Assembly: GCF_009914755.1 (NCBI RefSeq)
Contig: NC_060934.1
Reading direction: 5' to 3' (one strand)
DNA length: 64,000 nt
From: the human T2T-CHM13v2.0 reference genome, Homo sapiens
Under the pieces are notes generated by a model. The model searched no databases, was not told the origin of the DNA, and saw nothing but the letters and a program-made list of their open reading frames with translations. Shown here one piece after another: positions 1 through 12,718 of the stretch. The translations under genes and the position numbers were made by a program. The first letter of the stretch is position 1; the number at the start of each line of letters is the position of its first letter.

Positions 1-84
1 CTAGGGAATAATTTCAATATATCTTGGAGTTGGAACTTCTATACATTTGCAGTGCGTCACCCGACTTTGGTCTATCAAAGCAAA

Positions 85-505
85 AAAACTTGGTCAGGCT
101 TTGGTGCCTAGCTATCTGGTCAAATATTTATCTAAATGTTTCTGTGAAGGTATTTTACAGACGTGGTGAGCATTTCTTAATCAACTGACTTTAATTAAAG
201 AGTTTACCCTTGATAATGTAGGTGGGCTTCACCCAGTAAGTTGGAAGCCATAAAAGCAAAAGATAAAAACAGAAAAAAAAAAAAACAGAAAACTGAGGTA
301 TCCCCCATAAGAAGGGATTCTGCCTTAAGACTAACATAGAAATCCTGCCTGAGTTTCCAGCCTGCCAACCTGCCCTACAAATTTCAGATCTAATATTGCA
401 ACATCAACTCTTGCCTGAGTTTATATAAAACCTACGCGATAGATTTCAGACCTGCCAGCCCCCGCCATGTAAGCCAATTCCTTTTGGAGGACCCCGACTG
501 ACACA
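85..505 (+). mobile_element. MLT2-family (ERVL) solo LTR, degraded
   Basis: Contains MLT2 hallmarks 'gaaatcctgcctgagtttccagcctgccaacctgccctacaaatttcaga' and 'gacctgccagccccc..gtaagccaattcctt'; ends 'ccgactgacaca'. Confidence 0.75.
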
Positions 506-1919
506 GGTAAATAATTCCATCTTCTTTTATCCCAGTCCCCAAAGGCAGATAAAGAAAATGTAAACATATATATGTACTATATACCTTATCTTTATACCTT
601 CTGATAGCACGTTGGACAAACCACGGTTTCTAGAATTTATGGCATAGTATTATAATCATAGGTTTCAAAGTCTGTCTCCTATTCTAGACTGGAAGTTCCT
701 TGTGTGCAGAGGCTGTGTTATCACAGCGCTTTTTGAGGCTGGAAATAAACGTTCAATACATGTCTGTCAAAGGTTAGAGAATCAAAATTAACACATTACC
801 TGGATAAGCTGGCATGTGGTGGGGACAGGAGTAGGGGATGGTGGAAGAGCAAGGAGAAAGAATCAAACAATGTGGACGTAGGAAGCAGTCTCCCTGAAGC
901 TAAGACACCCCATGAGATGGTACTCATCCAGCTTTGCCAAGCTCCCAGCACAGTCTTAATCACCTCTCTCACAGCGACTTTGATAGCTCTGGCTAAGGAA
1001 CTTGATACCTGCAAGCAATTAACTTTAATAAGCCAGCAGGTGATTTCCTTGAGAATGCTGACGATTCAATTTGCTGACAGCAGCTCTAGATTCTCTGGCT
1101 ACTCAGCCATGGCTTCTACCTCTGCCCTTATGAACCCAGTGTGTGGTTGTGAGTAATAAATGAAAAGGTAGCCAAAGTGTGAATCCTTTTAACAGTGAAA
1201 ATTGTAATCAGCTTTAAGGCATGATTATATATTACAGACAGAACCAAAAGGTCTTTTAAAGTTATGAAGAAAAACAAAAGCCAACAAGTTGTACAGCTAC
1301 ATTGGCACCAAACTTTTATAGTTTCTGTGAATGTGAAATGAAGGGATATAAAAGTACTTTCACCTGTATTAACCTTTTTTTTTTCTGTTACTCATCATAG
1401 CATTATCTAACGCAGAATCCTAGGAATGATTCTAAACTCTTTCTCTCTGTCTCAATAATCCTAAATGTTGCAATTGCCTTATTGTCCTATTTTACTGCAT
1501 TATTTTTTACACAATGGCAGCCTAATGAGTTCCCCCGGCATCAGTCTCAGGCATCACCTATCAAACAACTCCACTGCTTGCGTCCTCTTCCCAAAATGCA
1601 AATATTATTTCATCTGCATGTAATTTCTTAATAGTTCTCCATTGTTAATTGACTACAGTGGAGTCAAATCTTAGAATTAAATTTTAAGGAAAAAGAGGCA
1701 AAAGAGCTATTTTACTCAAAATTAACACTGAATATTTCTTAAATTGTCCAAAAAATACAGTATGCTCCCCATTATATATGAAACTGTGCAGCAATACATG
1801 TTTGTATATGTAGTAATTTATGGTAAATAAATTTATAATAAAACTGTAATATTATAATTAAATATAATAATATAATGTAAATATCATTAATAATATAATA
1901 AAATAAACTTATAATAAAG

Positions 1920-2035
1920 AGAATGTAAGCTTTGTGAGGACAGTGATTTTCATTCATTTTGTTCACCGATGTACCCCAAAGGCCAAAAACTGTGCTTGTC
2001 ATAGCAGGTGATCAATGAATACTTGTTAAATGAAA
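1920..2035 (+). mobile_element. L2 3' end fragment
   Basis: 'gaatgtaagctttgtgaggacag...gtgcttgtcatagcaggtgatcaatgaatacttgttaaatgaa' resembles the L2 3' terminus. Confidence 0.6.
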
Positions 2036-3785
2036 ATCACATAACAATTGATTAACACCATTTTAACAATTGATTTGACAATTGTTATGTCACTGACAAT
2101 TGTTTGTTAAAATCATTTCAAATAACTTTATTTTCCCTTTTTGTGCAACACATTTACCACTAAAGTAACATAGAAAGTCTGTGTGTGGTGGAAAGTCATT
2201 AATTTACATTGCTTTCTAGGTACTACCGTCTTCCATGATCTGCGCTATCCGTTCTGCACTTATACTTTGACTTCAGTGTATCAAATCACTCAATGTTCTC
2301 CAAATATGCTGTGCAAAGATCTTTGCACTTTGATTCCTCAAGCCAATTTAAGTGTCCTGTGATCTTACGAACTTTGTTTTTCCTCTATTTTCAATGTTTA
2401 TTTCATTGCATTTTTATCGTTTTCTTGTGGGTCTGCCTTCTTGATCAGATTCTAAGACTCTTGATTATAAAATCTATGTCTTAATAGTGTTTTTAATAGT
2501 GTCTCTAGTACAATGTCGGTGTATCAATAGACACATACAGAGTATCTGATTTATATTAAGTGTTTATTTGTCTGTCTGTGCCATTATGACCACATATGTT
2601 ACACTTGAACTTTCTGACCCTAAGTTAACATCTGATAACATGTGTTCTACATTTTAGGAGCAAAAGATATACTTAATTATTTCAACAAACTAATGAGCAA
2701 ACAATTTTAGTATCAGCCTGCAGTAAATACTCTTTGATCCAGTATCCAGAATCCAGTACACAGTATCCACTGTGTAGCAGCTTCTGCACATGGGGCATCA
2801 AGGGTACCACCCCAGAAAAACTGCTATGACCAGAAGTATTGCAGAGACCAGGGTAACCAGAAGCACGATCATCTCAGAATATACCTGCAGCAGCATGCCT
2901 ACAGTGGCCTTATATGGTTTGTGGGCAAGAGACCATTGTGAGGAAGTCAGAGAAACATATTTGAGTCACTTTGTTCCTATGCAAATATATGCCTCCCAGA
3001 GATCTTCTTGAGTTGGCAGAGAGGGACTTTGCTGTGGGAGAGGGGAGATATGTTTTTTGGCCTCAATGGTAGCAGCTAGGCACCAGTATAATTTGATATT
3101 AATCTAGATGCCTGCATTTCAACTCACCTCTCAGGCGGGAATATGGACTCAGGCTTTTAGAAAGCTTTTTCACAATGGGGGACAAAGTAGCAAGTGAAAG
3201 AAAAGGGTAAAGTGGAAGGAAAACCTTTTCCTGATGGTTAAGCAGTTCCTAACTTACATGTATGAATGCATACATACAAATATAAATACTAGCTTAAAGA
3301 AGAATACCCTATCCCATGCACTCCAGGTAATTAAATGTTTATTTCACTCTGATTTGAGATGTCTCACGATGCTAAGGAAAATATTGGAAAGACCTTCTCT
3401 CTCGTTATCTCACCTTCAGTTAAAAAAAAATGAAAGAGAGAAGAAGAGAGAAAAGAGATAAATAGAAGGGCTATTTGAAGGTAAGAAGGTGAAGGCAGTC
3501 ACCTTTTATGCCTTCCTCCCTTCCTCCTGCCAATCATCCACTCTATTTGGTTGACTCCCAAGCTTGCTTTATAAACAGCTGGAGAGCAAAGCAAAACTTC
3601 AACTTTAGAAAGATAAGGTCAACTCATCCTTTCATTTGCAACAAGTTGATAGGGCCATTGCCGTGCAGGTTTGGCTGGTCCTGGACAAAACCGCCTTCTC
3701 CAGAATGGGATTTAGAGGAAGACCCTTCTCTCTCTAATGTGACTGAGGAAAACAGAAGGAAGGTAGGCAAAGGAGATCTGCTCTA

Positions 3786-4100
3786 GGCCAGGCACAGTGG
3801 CTCACGCCTATAATTCAAGCACTTTGGGAGACTCAGGCGGGTGGATCACCTGAGGTCAGGAGTTCGAGATCTGCCTGGCCAACATGGTGAACCCCCATCT
3901 CTACTAAAAATACAAAAAAATAGCTGGGCGTGATGGTGGGCACCTGTAATCTGAGCTACTTGGGAGGCTGAGGCAGGAGAATTGCTTGAACTCGGAGGCA
4001 GAGGTTGCAGTGAGCCGAGATCGCGCCACTGCACTCCAGCCTGGGTGACAGAGAGAGACCCTGTCTCAAAAAAAGAAAAGAAAAGAAAAGAAAACAAAAA
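3786..4100 (+). mobile_element. AluS (Sx-like), full length
   Basis: Dimeric Alu with (GAAAA)n tail; approximate TSD agatctgctct / agacctgctct. Confidence 0.95.
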
Positions 4101-4999
4101 GACCTGCTCTCCAGTAGCCTCTGAGGCCCCAACTTCCCAGAATGGGAGTGTTGATCAGGACCTATGGTAAATGTTTCCTACTCCAGTCCAACAGCTCACT
4201 GGGCTAAACAAAAGAGGCCCTTCACAGCCTCGGGGCAGACCCACAAATATTTTTATTTAATTGGTTTGAGATGGGGCCACAGACTTTTTGGACTGGTCCC
4301 CAGGTGAATCACACGTACAGACAAAATTCAGAAGCACTGGGTTAGAGGGCCAGCATGAGGGCTAGAGTGAGAGTTCAGATACTGCAGGGAGAGGCTATGG
4401 GATTTCCTCACGGAAAGAGACCCAAGGGTGTGGAAGGCATTTTCTGGAAGATGACTGAGGTACTTGGTTATGGGCAAGACAGTCTAATTTACAAAAACAT
4501 GATAAACCTCTCGAGCAAAGCTTTTCAAGCTGTGCACCCCAGAAGGTGTGCAAGATGAGCCATGACAACATATAAGAAAACAACTGAATGTAACATTTCC
4601 ATTCTAATTTTTATAAAATTTCTTTGTTTTACTTATTAGTATAGTAGTGCATATGTATTATTTATAAATAAAGAAACATTTATTAGGAGTATAGCCTCAA
4701 CATCATTTTACTAATGGGCATAAATAATTCTAAAATTTGGAAACTAGTGTTCTAAAGAAGGACCATGATTCCTCACTGAAGGCTCAGCTGAGAAAGCTGT
4801 GATAACCAGGCAAACCAGAGAGGAACTTCATCCAGTTGCCTGGTAAGAATGATGAATATTCTGGGTTGCTAAGAAAATACATCAGCCAGAAGGGAGCAAG
4901 AGAGGCTGCCCTGCTGGGGAATGTTTGGGAGACCATAAAAACAGAAGGTGGGAGCAACGAGAGGGCTCTTCATCGCTACTGTTAATAACAAAACAATAG

Positions 5000-5190
5000 C
5001 AACAAATGTAATACCTGCTCTTACTTACTGAATTCCCAGTAAGGTCAAGCACTGTGATAGGCACTTTTTGGGCATCACTGTTAATCCTCATGCTGTCATA
5101 CCCATTTTACAGATTAGGAGGAAAAAAACCTTTAAAAACCATAAGTGGTGCAACACAGATATTCTACTCCAAACTCAATGTTCCTGACAT
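5000..5190 (-). mobile_element. MIR fragment
   Basis: 'gcactgtgataggcact...ttaatcctca...cccattttacagattagga' is the MIR core in reverse. Confidence 0.6.
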
Positions 5191-5331
5191 TATGTCATGC
5201 AGTTTCAAGAGCATGGATCATGAGTGACATTAGGAAACTGAGAGAAGAAGCATATTATAGCACTTAGAGGGTATTATAGTATAACCAGGTTGTATTTATC
5301 AGCTGTCTTTTCTTTCAATTAAAATGCTAAA

Positions 5332-5623
5332 GGCCGGGTGCGGTGGCTCATGCCTGTAATCCCAGCACTTTGGGAGGCTGAGGCGGGTGGATCACGAGGT
5401 CAGGAGATCAAGACCATCATGGCTAACATGGTGAAACCCCGTCTCTACTAAAAATACAAAAAATTAGCCGGGCGTGGTGGCAGGTGCCTGTAGTCCCAGC
5501 TACTGAGGAGGCTGAGGCAGGAGAAGGATGTGAACCTGGGAGGCGGAGCTTGCAGTGAGCCTAGATTGCGACACTGCACTCCAGACTGGACGACAGAGCG
5601 AGACCCTGTCTCAAAAAAAAAAA
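5332..5623 (+). mobile_element. AluY, full length
   Basis: Y-type diagnostics 'ggatcacgaggtcaggagatc', 'ggctaac', 'gcggagcttgcag'; TSD aaaatgctaaa on both sides. Confidence 0.95.
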
Positions 5624-6200
5624 AAAATGCTAAACTGTGGTTGATGTTTTCATAAACAGAGAATTGGTGCTAGCTTCCCAGGCAATTTGAGAGAATAGAT
5701 TTTCCTGAGTGTAAGTAAACCTACAAGTTAAAAGAAGTGACATCCACTGGGAGACTCAGGCCAAATGTGATTTCTTCCATACAAAGTCAGGTTTATCAAC
5801 TCCCTCCCCCCACCCCACCACACACAGAAACACACTTTTAATACTTGCTTTTACACTCTGCATCTGTGTTCACTTTTTCCATTGACCCTCCAACCAAATT
5901 TGTGGTTCTAAAGCTCTGACATCAACAGTGCATTCCTGAGGGTACTTCTCTAGGACTGTCTTCATTTTAAGTCTTTGCTCATAGGCACAACTGTAAACTT
6001 ATAAGAAGTTTCAAGCAACTGTAGAGTAATAAGAATCAGATCTGTCCTGGGGTTGTGGCGGGGGTGGGCGGGGGAAGTGTGGCTCTTGAGTAGACAGAGA
6101 CTTGGCATGACAGTCCTTGTTTAGGATTGGGACTCAAGAGATTCCAGGAAAGTCAGTGTCCCTTCCGTCCAATCACAGTGTGAGGCCCGGTGATTCTGGC

Positions 6201-6279
6201 CTTTTCTGCTCTATCATTCAGAAATGAAGTCTTTTCTGCTCTATCATTCAGGAAAGAAGTCTTTTCTGCTCTATCATTC
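6201..6279. repeat. 30-bp minisatellite, about 2.6 copies
   Basis: 'cttttctgctctatcattc' recurs at 6201, 6231 and 6261 with near-identical linkers. Confidence 0.95.
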
Positions 6280-8142
6280 TAGCTTCTTAGCCACCTTGTT
6301 GGTTTTTATGGATTTTCTTTTTACCCTGCTCCTGCCTAGCAAGAAAGAATAAAGAAAAGGGAGAGGAGGGGAGAGAAAGGAGCTGACTCTGCAGACCACA
6401 ACTTTATAATTATTTGAATATAAAATTAGCTGGTAATGTCTCTCTCTTTATGCAGGCTATGAGATACATGATAGTTGTTTCTAGTAACATATGTTTTCTC
6501 ATTTTTATCTTTTGAAATGTTGTTGAAGTATTCCTAACTTTTATGGCTATTAATGGAGGATGCTGCTACCATCCTACCCAAGGGCCCATTTTTCTAAATC
6601 CTACAATCCTCTACGAATGGAAGCAATAGCACTACAGTTAACACTCTAAATTGTACCCTTGTGCACACATACAGGCCTAAATCACTTGGCCTTATAGCCA
6701 CAAAACACAATTAGGAAGGACTAAGGTCATCAAAAAAAATCCTAAATGCCAGTTCACTGCACAGCACATTCTATAGTCATCTTACTTACTTGTTCTTGAT
6801 AAAAATGAATCCCAGCAGGGACTAGAATGGTGACCCTGATTGTGAATAATGGCACACATGCAGTGTCCCTCAATGGCTACCAGAAAACAACAGCATCAGT
6901 TAATAGCCTGTGTTGTCTCTTAACTGCCCATTGCCAGCAATAGGTTTTGCTCTATATAGTCTGGATTCCCAGTTTCAAGGGTCTTCACTCCTACCAGGCA
7001 AAAGTGCTGTAATGAGAACAAGCCAAGAAAGGAATGAGGCAGGCAACAAGCCAAAATCCAGGCAGTGTTAGAACAGCCTTGTCAGGGAAGCAGAGAAACA
7101 AATAATTGAAATTAGAAAAAACTAGATTTTCAGAGGAGTCTCATAAATCAGACTTGAAAATTTAATTTGAGAGCTTTTCTCTTTCTTTCATCATATTTTT
7201 TCCCCTCCTGGAGCTGTGCTACAGGCCTGAACAGAGGAAGTGGAATGTAATTAATCGATGTAAATCTGCTTCATTAATGGATTGCTACTCCCTGTGTTTC
7301 CTCTAGTCAAGAATGTTTCTGAAAGTGCTCTCTGACAACAATGCTATTCACAGTCTGGATAATGGTACCAAGCAGGAGAAGAAACGATGAAGTACTTGCA
7401 TGAAGGGAGCCCATGTTTGCTATTGACTGGTAGAGAAATTTAGTTAGCTCATTAAATGTTCTGCTTACAAACCCTATTCATGCTTTTTAATCAATTGATA
7501 CTTGTCCTCCTTTCTCACATTGATTAAATACCAGGAAGTCCTCACAAGATAGTGAGATGTGAAGTTCCCATTGCAGTTAACAAATGGTCCTAAGACCCTT
7601 AGAAAACACATGGTTGTGCATCTTTATGCCCACAGGGAATACGCCATTAATCTGAACTAATAAAGAGGAACAGCAGGCTAATCATAGCTCATTTATATTT
7701 GGCCCTGGAATGTGTTATGTGGTTTTTGGCAGAAGATTTACCTTACTAATTATGTCTTACTTAAATTAATAATACAGTTAATTTGCATTCCCTTAGCACA
7801 CACCAATTGACAGTGAGAAGAAATGTGCTAAGTGATAAGGGGATATCATCTCGAAATTTAAAAGCTTCATTGAATAATTTGTGTATATATGTATGTGTTG
7901 ACACTATATACATTTAGGACAAAAACTCTCAACATACTTTGGAAAGAGAAGTTAAAATTATGTGTGAAAATCGCTATCACCTTTTGGCTAATTTGCATCA
8001 TCATTGTTTCAATATTTTATCTCACTACTTCTGAGACCAATAAATTAGAAAGTTAAACCTGTAATCAACAAATATGTGTATATGTAACCTACCATATCCT
8101 GAGCACTGTTCTCAGTATTGTAAAGGGATTTGAAGAAATATA

Positions 8143-8492
8143 CAGTCATTACTCTGTTTCAAAGTGGGGACTGGTTCCAGGACCCCCATGGACACCAAAA
8201 TTCATGGATGCTGAAGTCTCTGATATAAAATGATGTAGTATATGCACAAAACCTATGCACATCCTCCTATTTACTTTAAATCATACCTAGATTACTTATA
8301 ATTTATAACTCAATGTATGTGTTATGCAAAATAGTTGTTATTGTACTCTGCATTGTATAGGGAATAATGACAAGAAAGGAAAAGTTTGTACATGTTCAGT
8401 ACACACACAACTACTATAGACCTAACCACATTTTTCATCTGTAGTTGGTTAAATACATGGATATGGAACCCATAGATACTAAGGGCCAACTG
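8143..8492 (+). mobile_element. MER2 (TcMar-Tigger MITE), full length
   Basis: 'cagtc...ggactggttccaggaccccc...' to '...aagggccaactg'; TA target dinucleotide on both sides. Confidence 0.9.
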
Positions 8493-9619
8493 TAGGCTAT
8501 TTTCTATCTTAAGATCTAAAAATCTGGAGAAAGAAATATTAAGAGATCTAGCACTAATATGCTTTAGGTGATCTTTGCCTTGTTTGTAGAGACTACAACT
8601 CATTTACAAACCATCTCCTATAGACCTGGATTGCTGATGTGGGGAAGAAAAAATTAAGGGGTTTACCTTTAAGCAGAGTCAAGGAGGTTAAGACCAGGTA
8701 TCTGATTTTCCAGTAAATGAAGTTGATGAACACAATAAACCCATGTATCATTGCTAAAGTGCTGTAAAGTAGAGCTTTAATGCCCTCTGTCAACTTAGAA
8801 TCAAGAGTAAATATCCACTAGCAATTCTACACTGGTATAACAACATTGCCCAGTTACTCCACCTTTGAAATCTTCCCAGACGGACAGTTGTTCACCATGG
8901 CAGATATGAAGATTCAAATATGTTTGAGCTATACGAAGTACATGATAATGTAATGTTGATCTATCTGGTTTTGGATGCATGAAGCAATGGTCCAAACTTG
9001 GATATGGAAAGGAAACCTCACTTGTTTCACAAATCACAGGCATATTTGTTTCAGATATTGTAACACAATGATTTTCACCCCTCTCACTTTTAGCACAAGT
9101 GTTGCATAAGACCCTTGGAAGTTGGCCTAATACTAGAGATATCACTAAGTCTTTTTTATAATCTATTTCTGATTAATTAGTCCTTTAGGATAACATATAC
9201 TTATCAATATCATTATGACATTGCAGGAAAAACAAAAGCGGTATGGGTGGATTCATCTCCTCTAAACTTCTTTCTTTATGGTCTTGAACAAATTACTAAA
9301 TTGTAATGAGTAAAATATGTATGTTAATACCCACATTATAATGTAGTTATAAGAGCTCGACATAATGTATGTTGAGTGCTTTTGCAAAGTGCTTTATATT
9401 TTAGAAATACTCTCCTTTTAGTGCAGCCATACTTTGATTCTTTTTCATTGCAATGACATGGAAATTTCAGGACACAAAAATCAGAGTGGCCAAAGAATTT
9501 CATGGGTTCCTTTCAAAGGATAAAACAGGAAATTAGAAAGAATAAGTATGATATAATTCAAAATGTAAAGCCAATATCTCGCCAACTTATTAATACATAA
9601 AATTATATGCCAATCTTAA

Positions 9620-10490
9620 CAGAAATGAATGCTACAACGTGGTTTGCTAAGCTAATTCAATAGGACTACATTAATAAAGTTCCTATAACAATTGAGATGG
9701 TAATCTCATGTTACAGTTGGCTAGTCTGGCCAATCCAACAATACTACATTCTATTTTGAACATCACTTGGAGTGGTATTACCAAAAAATAAACTGGAAAG
9801 CATTTAGACAAGAATGGCTCAGACAAGGTAAGAGCTAAAAGTAACCATTTGAAGGGACTATAAAATTCACCTCAGAGAAGAGGGAGCATATGGAATACAT
9901 GAGGGCTGACTTCAAATATTTCAAGAGTTGTTGCCAGGAAGAACTTTAAACATAGAGTAACTGATGTTTAACTCATGCCGTGAACTCATCCACTGTATGT
10001 TTGAAAACCAGTAGCCCAGTAGCCTGTTGGGAAGACAGATTTGTTTCATATGTAAGTAAAGACAATTCTTCTTATTGAAAAAAGCATGGACATAAGATCT
10101 GATAAATCCAGCAGAAAATTTCACCTTCAATCAAGTAGCAATGTGACCCTAAATATAAAACCTCTTTGAGCTTATTTTTCCAAACTATAAATCATGTCAA
10201 CAATAAGGCTGATACAAGGATTACCTAAGAGAACATGTTTAAAAGCACCAGCATAATGCTTTAAATTTCATAGATGTGTAACAAGAACTAATTCTAACAG
10301 TCATATGTCAAAGATGTTCAAAGATGGAATTGAGTGTTATGGGAGACAATAATTTTCCTATGCTAGAAATTGTTTAGGCAAAGGCTAAATAACCACTTGG
10401 AAGAATACAAAAGAGGAAAGTCAAGCTTCAGAATTAAAATTAGATTACTTTCAGGATTCCTTTCAACTCTAAATCTGAAGATCTTGTGAT
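9620..10490 (+). mobile_element. L3/CR1 LINE 3' fragments interrupted by a MIR (~10085-10285)
   Basis: CR1-like 'aaactggaaagcatttagacaagaatggc', 'ttcaaatatttcaagagttg' and 3' end 'gattcctttcaactctaaatctg'; MIR-like block in the middle. Confidence 0.55.
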
Positions 10491-11521
10491 ACAAACATTA
10501 AAAAAAAGTTTGCCTAGGAAAAAATATCAAGAATAGCAACAGTTATATCTACAAGAGTAGGTAAAAATTGACTAATATTTGAAAAATTAGTCTAGCTCCC
10601 TATTAAAGTATATAGTTTATTACTCTTTTAAACTAGTCAAGGGGAAAAAATAAATAATATTGGTAAAACTCAATGCAGATCATATTTCATTAAACAAGAA
10701 CATCTTTCTTTGCCAGATGTATAGGTTAGTTATACACTTTCAGAGGATACTATGATAATGATCATATACAATAACCCAGTTGTCCCATTCTTTGATATTA
10801 ATAATTAAAGCAATATTTCTTTTGGAGAAGTTATTCCTTTAAAAATTCAACTGGTAGGATAAATCTAATAGAGAAGTAGCACACAGCTAAAAACAGAAGT
10901 TTTAGTAAATTAATGAGTGGAATGTTGAATTCAGCAGTAGCTTTAACTAATGTTGTGAACTCATCCACTGTATATCAGAAAAATTTACAGTACGTTAGAA
11001 AATAATTTGTGAAACCAATAGCCCAGTTGTCTAGGAACAAATGCACATCAAGTAATAGGGAATATTTTTAATAAAATTTAGTAGATTATGGTGTAAGGTT
11101 TTATACACAAATGTAAAGGTTTTAATTCAAATGTGATAAAGGAGATGTTTGTGGATTTATTTAGGGTATAAAAAGCCACATTTTTAATATAAAACTTTAT
11201 TAATGTGACGAAATTTTGGAATTAAAAGTAGTAGGACGCTTACATCATATCCCTCACTAAATGAAGGGCGTATTGTTTATGAAATAATGTTACATGAGAA
11301 AGAAGACAATATTGCACATACATATTAACAAAGTCCTTAGCTATCCATAAAATCTAGTTTTTCCTTCATTACTAGTAACAGATGTGTAGCTTTTGCAAGT
11401 GGCTACCAGAAACACTACATTTCCCAGTCTAGCTTGTAGTTGGAAGGAATCATGTGGCTAATTTCAGGAGAAGGTAAGCAGAAATAATGTGTGACACTGA
11501 TACCTGTAAGACCAGCCCTGT

Positions 11522-12366
11522 ATTTTTCTTGTACATTTAAGTTCCCTGTACACTCTGGATATTAGACCTTTGTCAGATGGATAGATTGTAAAAACTTTCT
11601 CCCATTCTATAGGTTATCTGTTTACTCTGATGATAGTTTATTTTGCTGTGTAGAAGCTCTTCGGTTTACTTAGATCTCATTTGTCAATTTTTGCTTTTAA
11701 TGCAATTGCTTTGGGTGTTTTCATCATGAAATCTTTGCCCCATGCCTATGTCCTGAATGGTATTGCCTAATTTTCTTCTAGCGTTTTTATATTACAGTTT
11801 TGGGTTTTTCATTTAAGTCCTTTTTTATTTTTATTTTTATTTTTGGCAGAGTCTCACTCCGTCACCCAGGCTGGAGTGCAGTGGTGCAACCTCTGTCATT
11901 GCAACTTCTGTTTCCCGCGTTAAGTGATTCTTGTGCCTCTGGCTCTCGAATAGCTGGAATTATAGGTGTGTGCAACCATGCCCAGCTAATTTTTGTATTT
12001 TTAGTAGAGACAGGGTTTCACCATGTTTGCCAGGCTGATCTCGAACTCCTGACCTCAAGTGATCTGCCCACCTGGGCCTCCCAAAATGCTAAGATTACAG
12101 GCATGAGCCATGGCATCCAGCCTTATTTAAGTTTTTAATAGATCTTGAGTTAATTTTTGTATATGGTATAAGGAAGGTGTCCAGCTTCAATTTTCTGCAT
12201 ATGACTAGCCAGCACTCTCAGCATGATTTATTAAATAAGGAGTCCTTTCCCCATTACTTGTTTTTGTCAAGTTTGTCTAAGATTAGATGGTTGTAAGTGT
12301 GTGGTCTTATTTCTGAGTTATCTATTCTGTTCCATTGGTTTACATGTCTGTTCTTGTACCAGTGCT
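11522..12366 (-). mobile_element. Inverted 5' segment of an L1PA insertion (ORF2 3' region), twin-priming
   Basis: Antisense L1 'ctctggatattagacctttgtcagatggatagattg...ctattctgttccattggt' begins immediately after the left TSD. Confidence 0.9.
11821..12122 (-). mobile_element. Alu (older S/J type) inside the inverted L1 segment
   Basis: Reverse Alu with T-rich tail; TSD atttaagt on both flanks. Confidence 0.93.
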
Positions 12367-12718
12367 ATAAAAAGTGGACATGAACAGACATTTGTCAAAA
12401 GAAGACATACATGGAGCCAACAAACATATGAAAAACAGCTCAACATCACTGATCATTAGAGAAATGCAAATCAAAACCACAAAGAAATACCATCTCATGC
12501 CAGTCAGAATAGCTATTAAAAAGTCAAAAAACAACAGATGCTGGCGAGGTTACGGAGAAAAAGGAATATTTTTACACTGCAGGTGAGAGTGCAAATTAGT
12601 TCAACAATTGCGGAAGACAGTGTGGCAATTCCTCAAAGATCTAGAGGCAGAAATGCCATTTGACCCAGCAATCCCATTACTGGGTATATACCCAAAGAAA
12701 TATAAATTATTCTATTAT

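Noticed and set aside
6201-6279. Repeat-spacer-like pattern resembling a CRISPR array
   Set aside because: The 'spacers' are ~10 nt and nearly identical, the context is primate, and there are no cas genes. It is a minisatellite.
8801-9145. 114-aa ORF in unique sequence
   Set aside because: No recognisable domain, no convincing flanking splice sites, and a length expected by chance.
12374-12586. ORF resembling the L1 ORF2 C-terminus ([11 protein letters not shown]...REMQIKTT); likewise 37165-37377
   Set aside because: Real homology, but only disrupted retrotransposon remnants.
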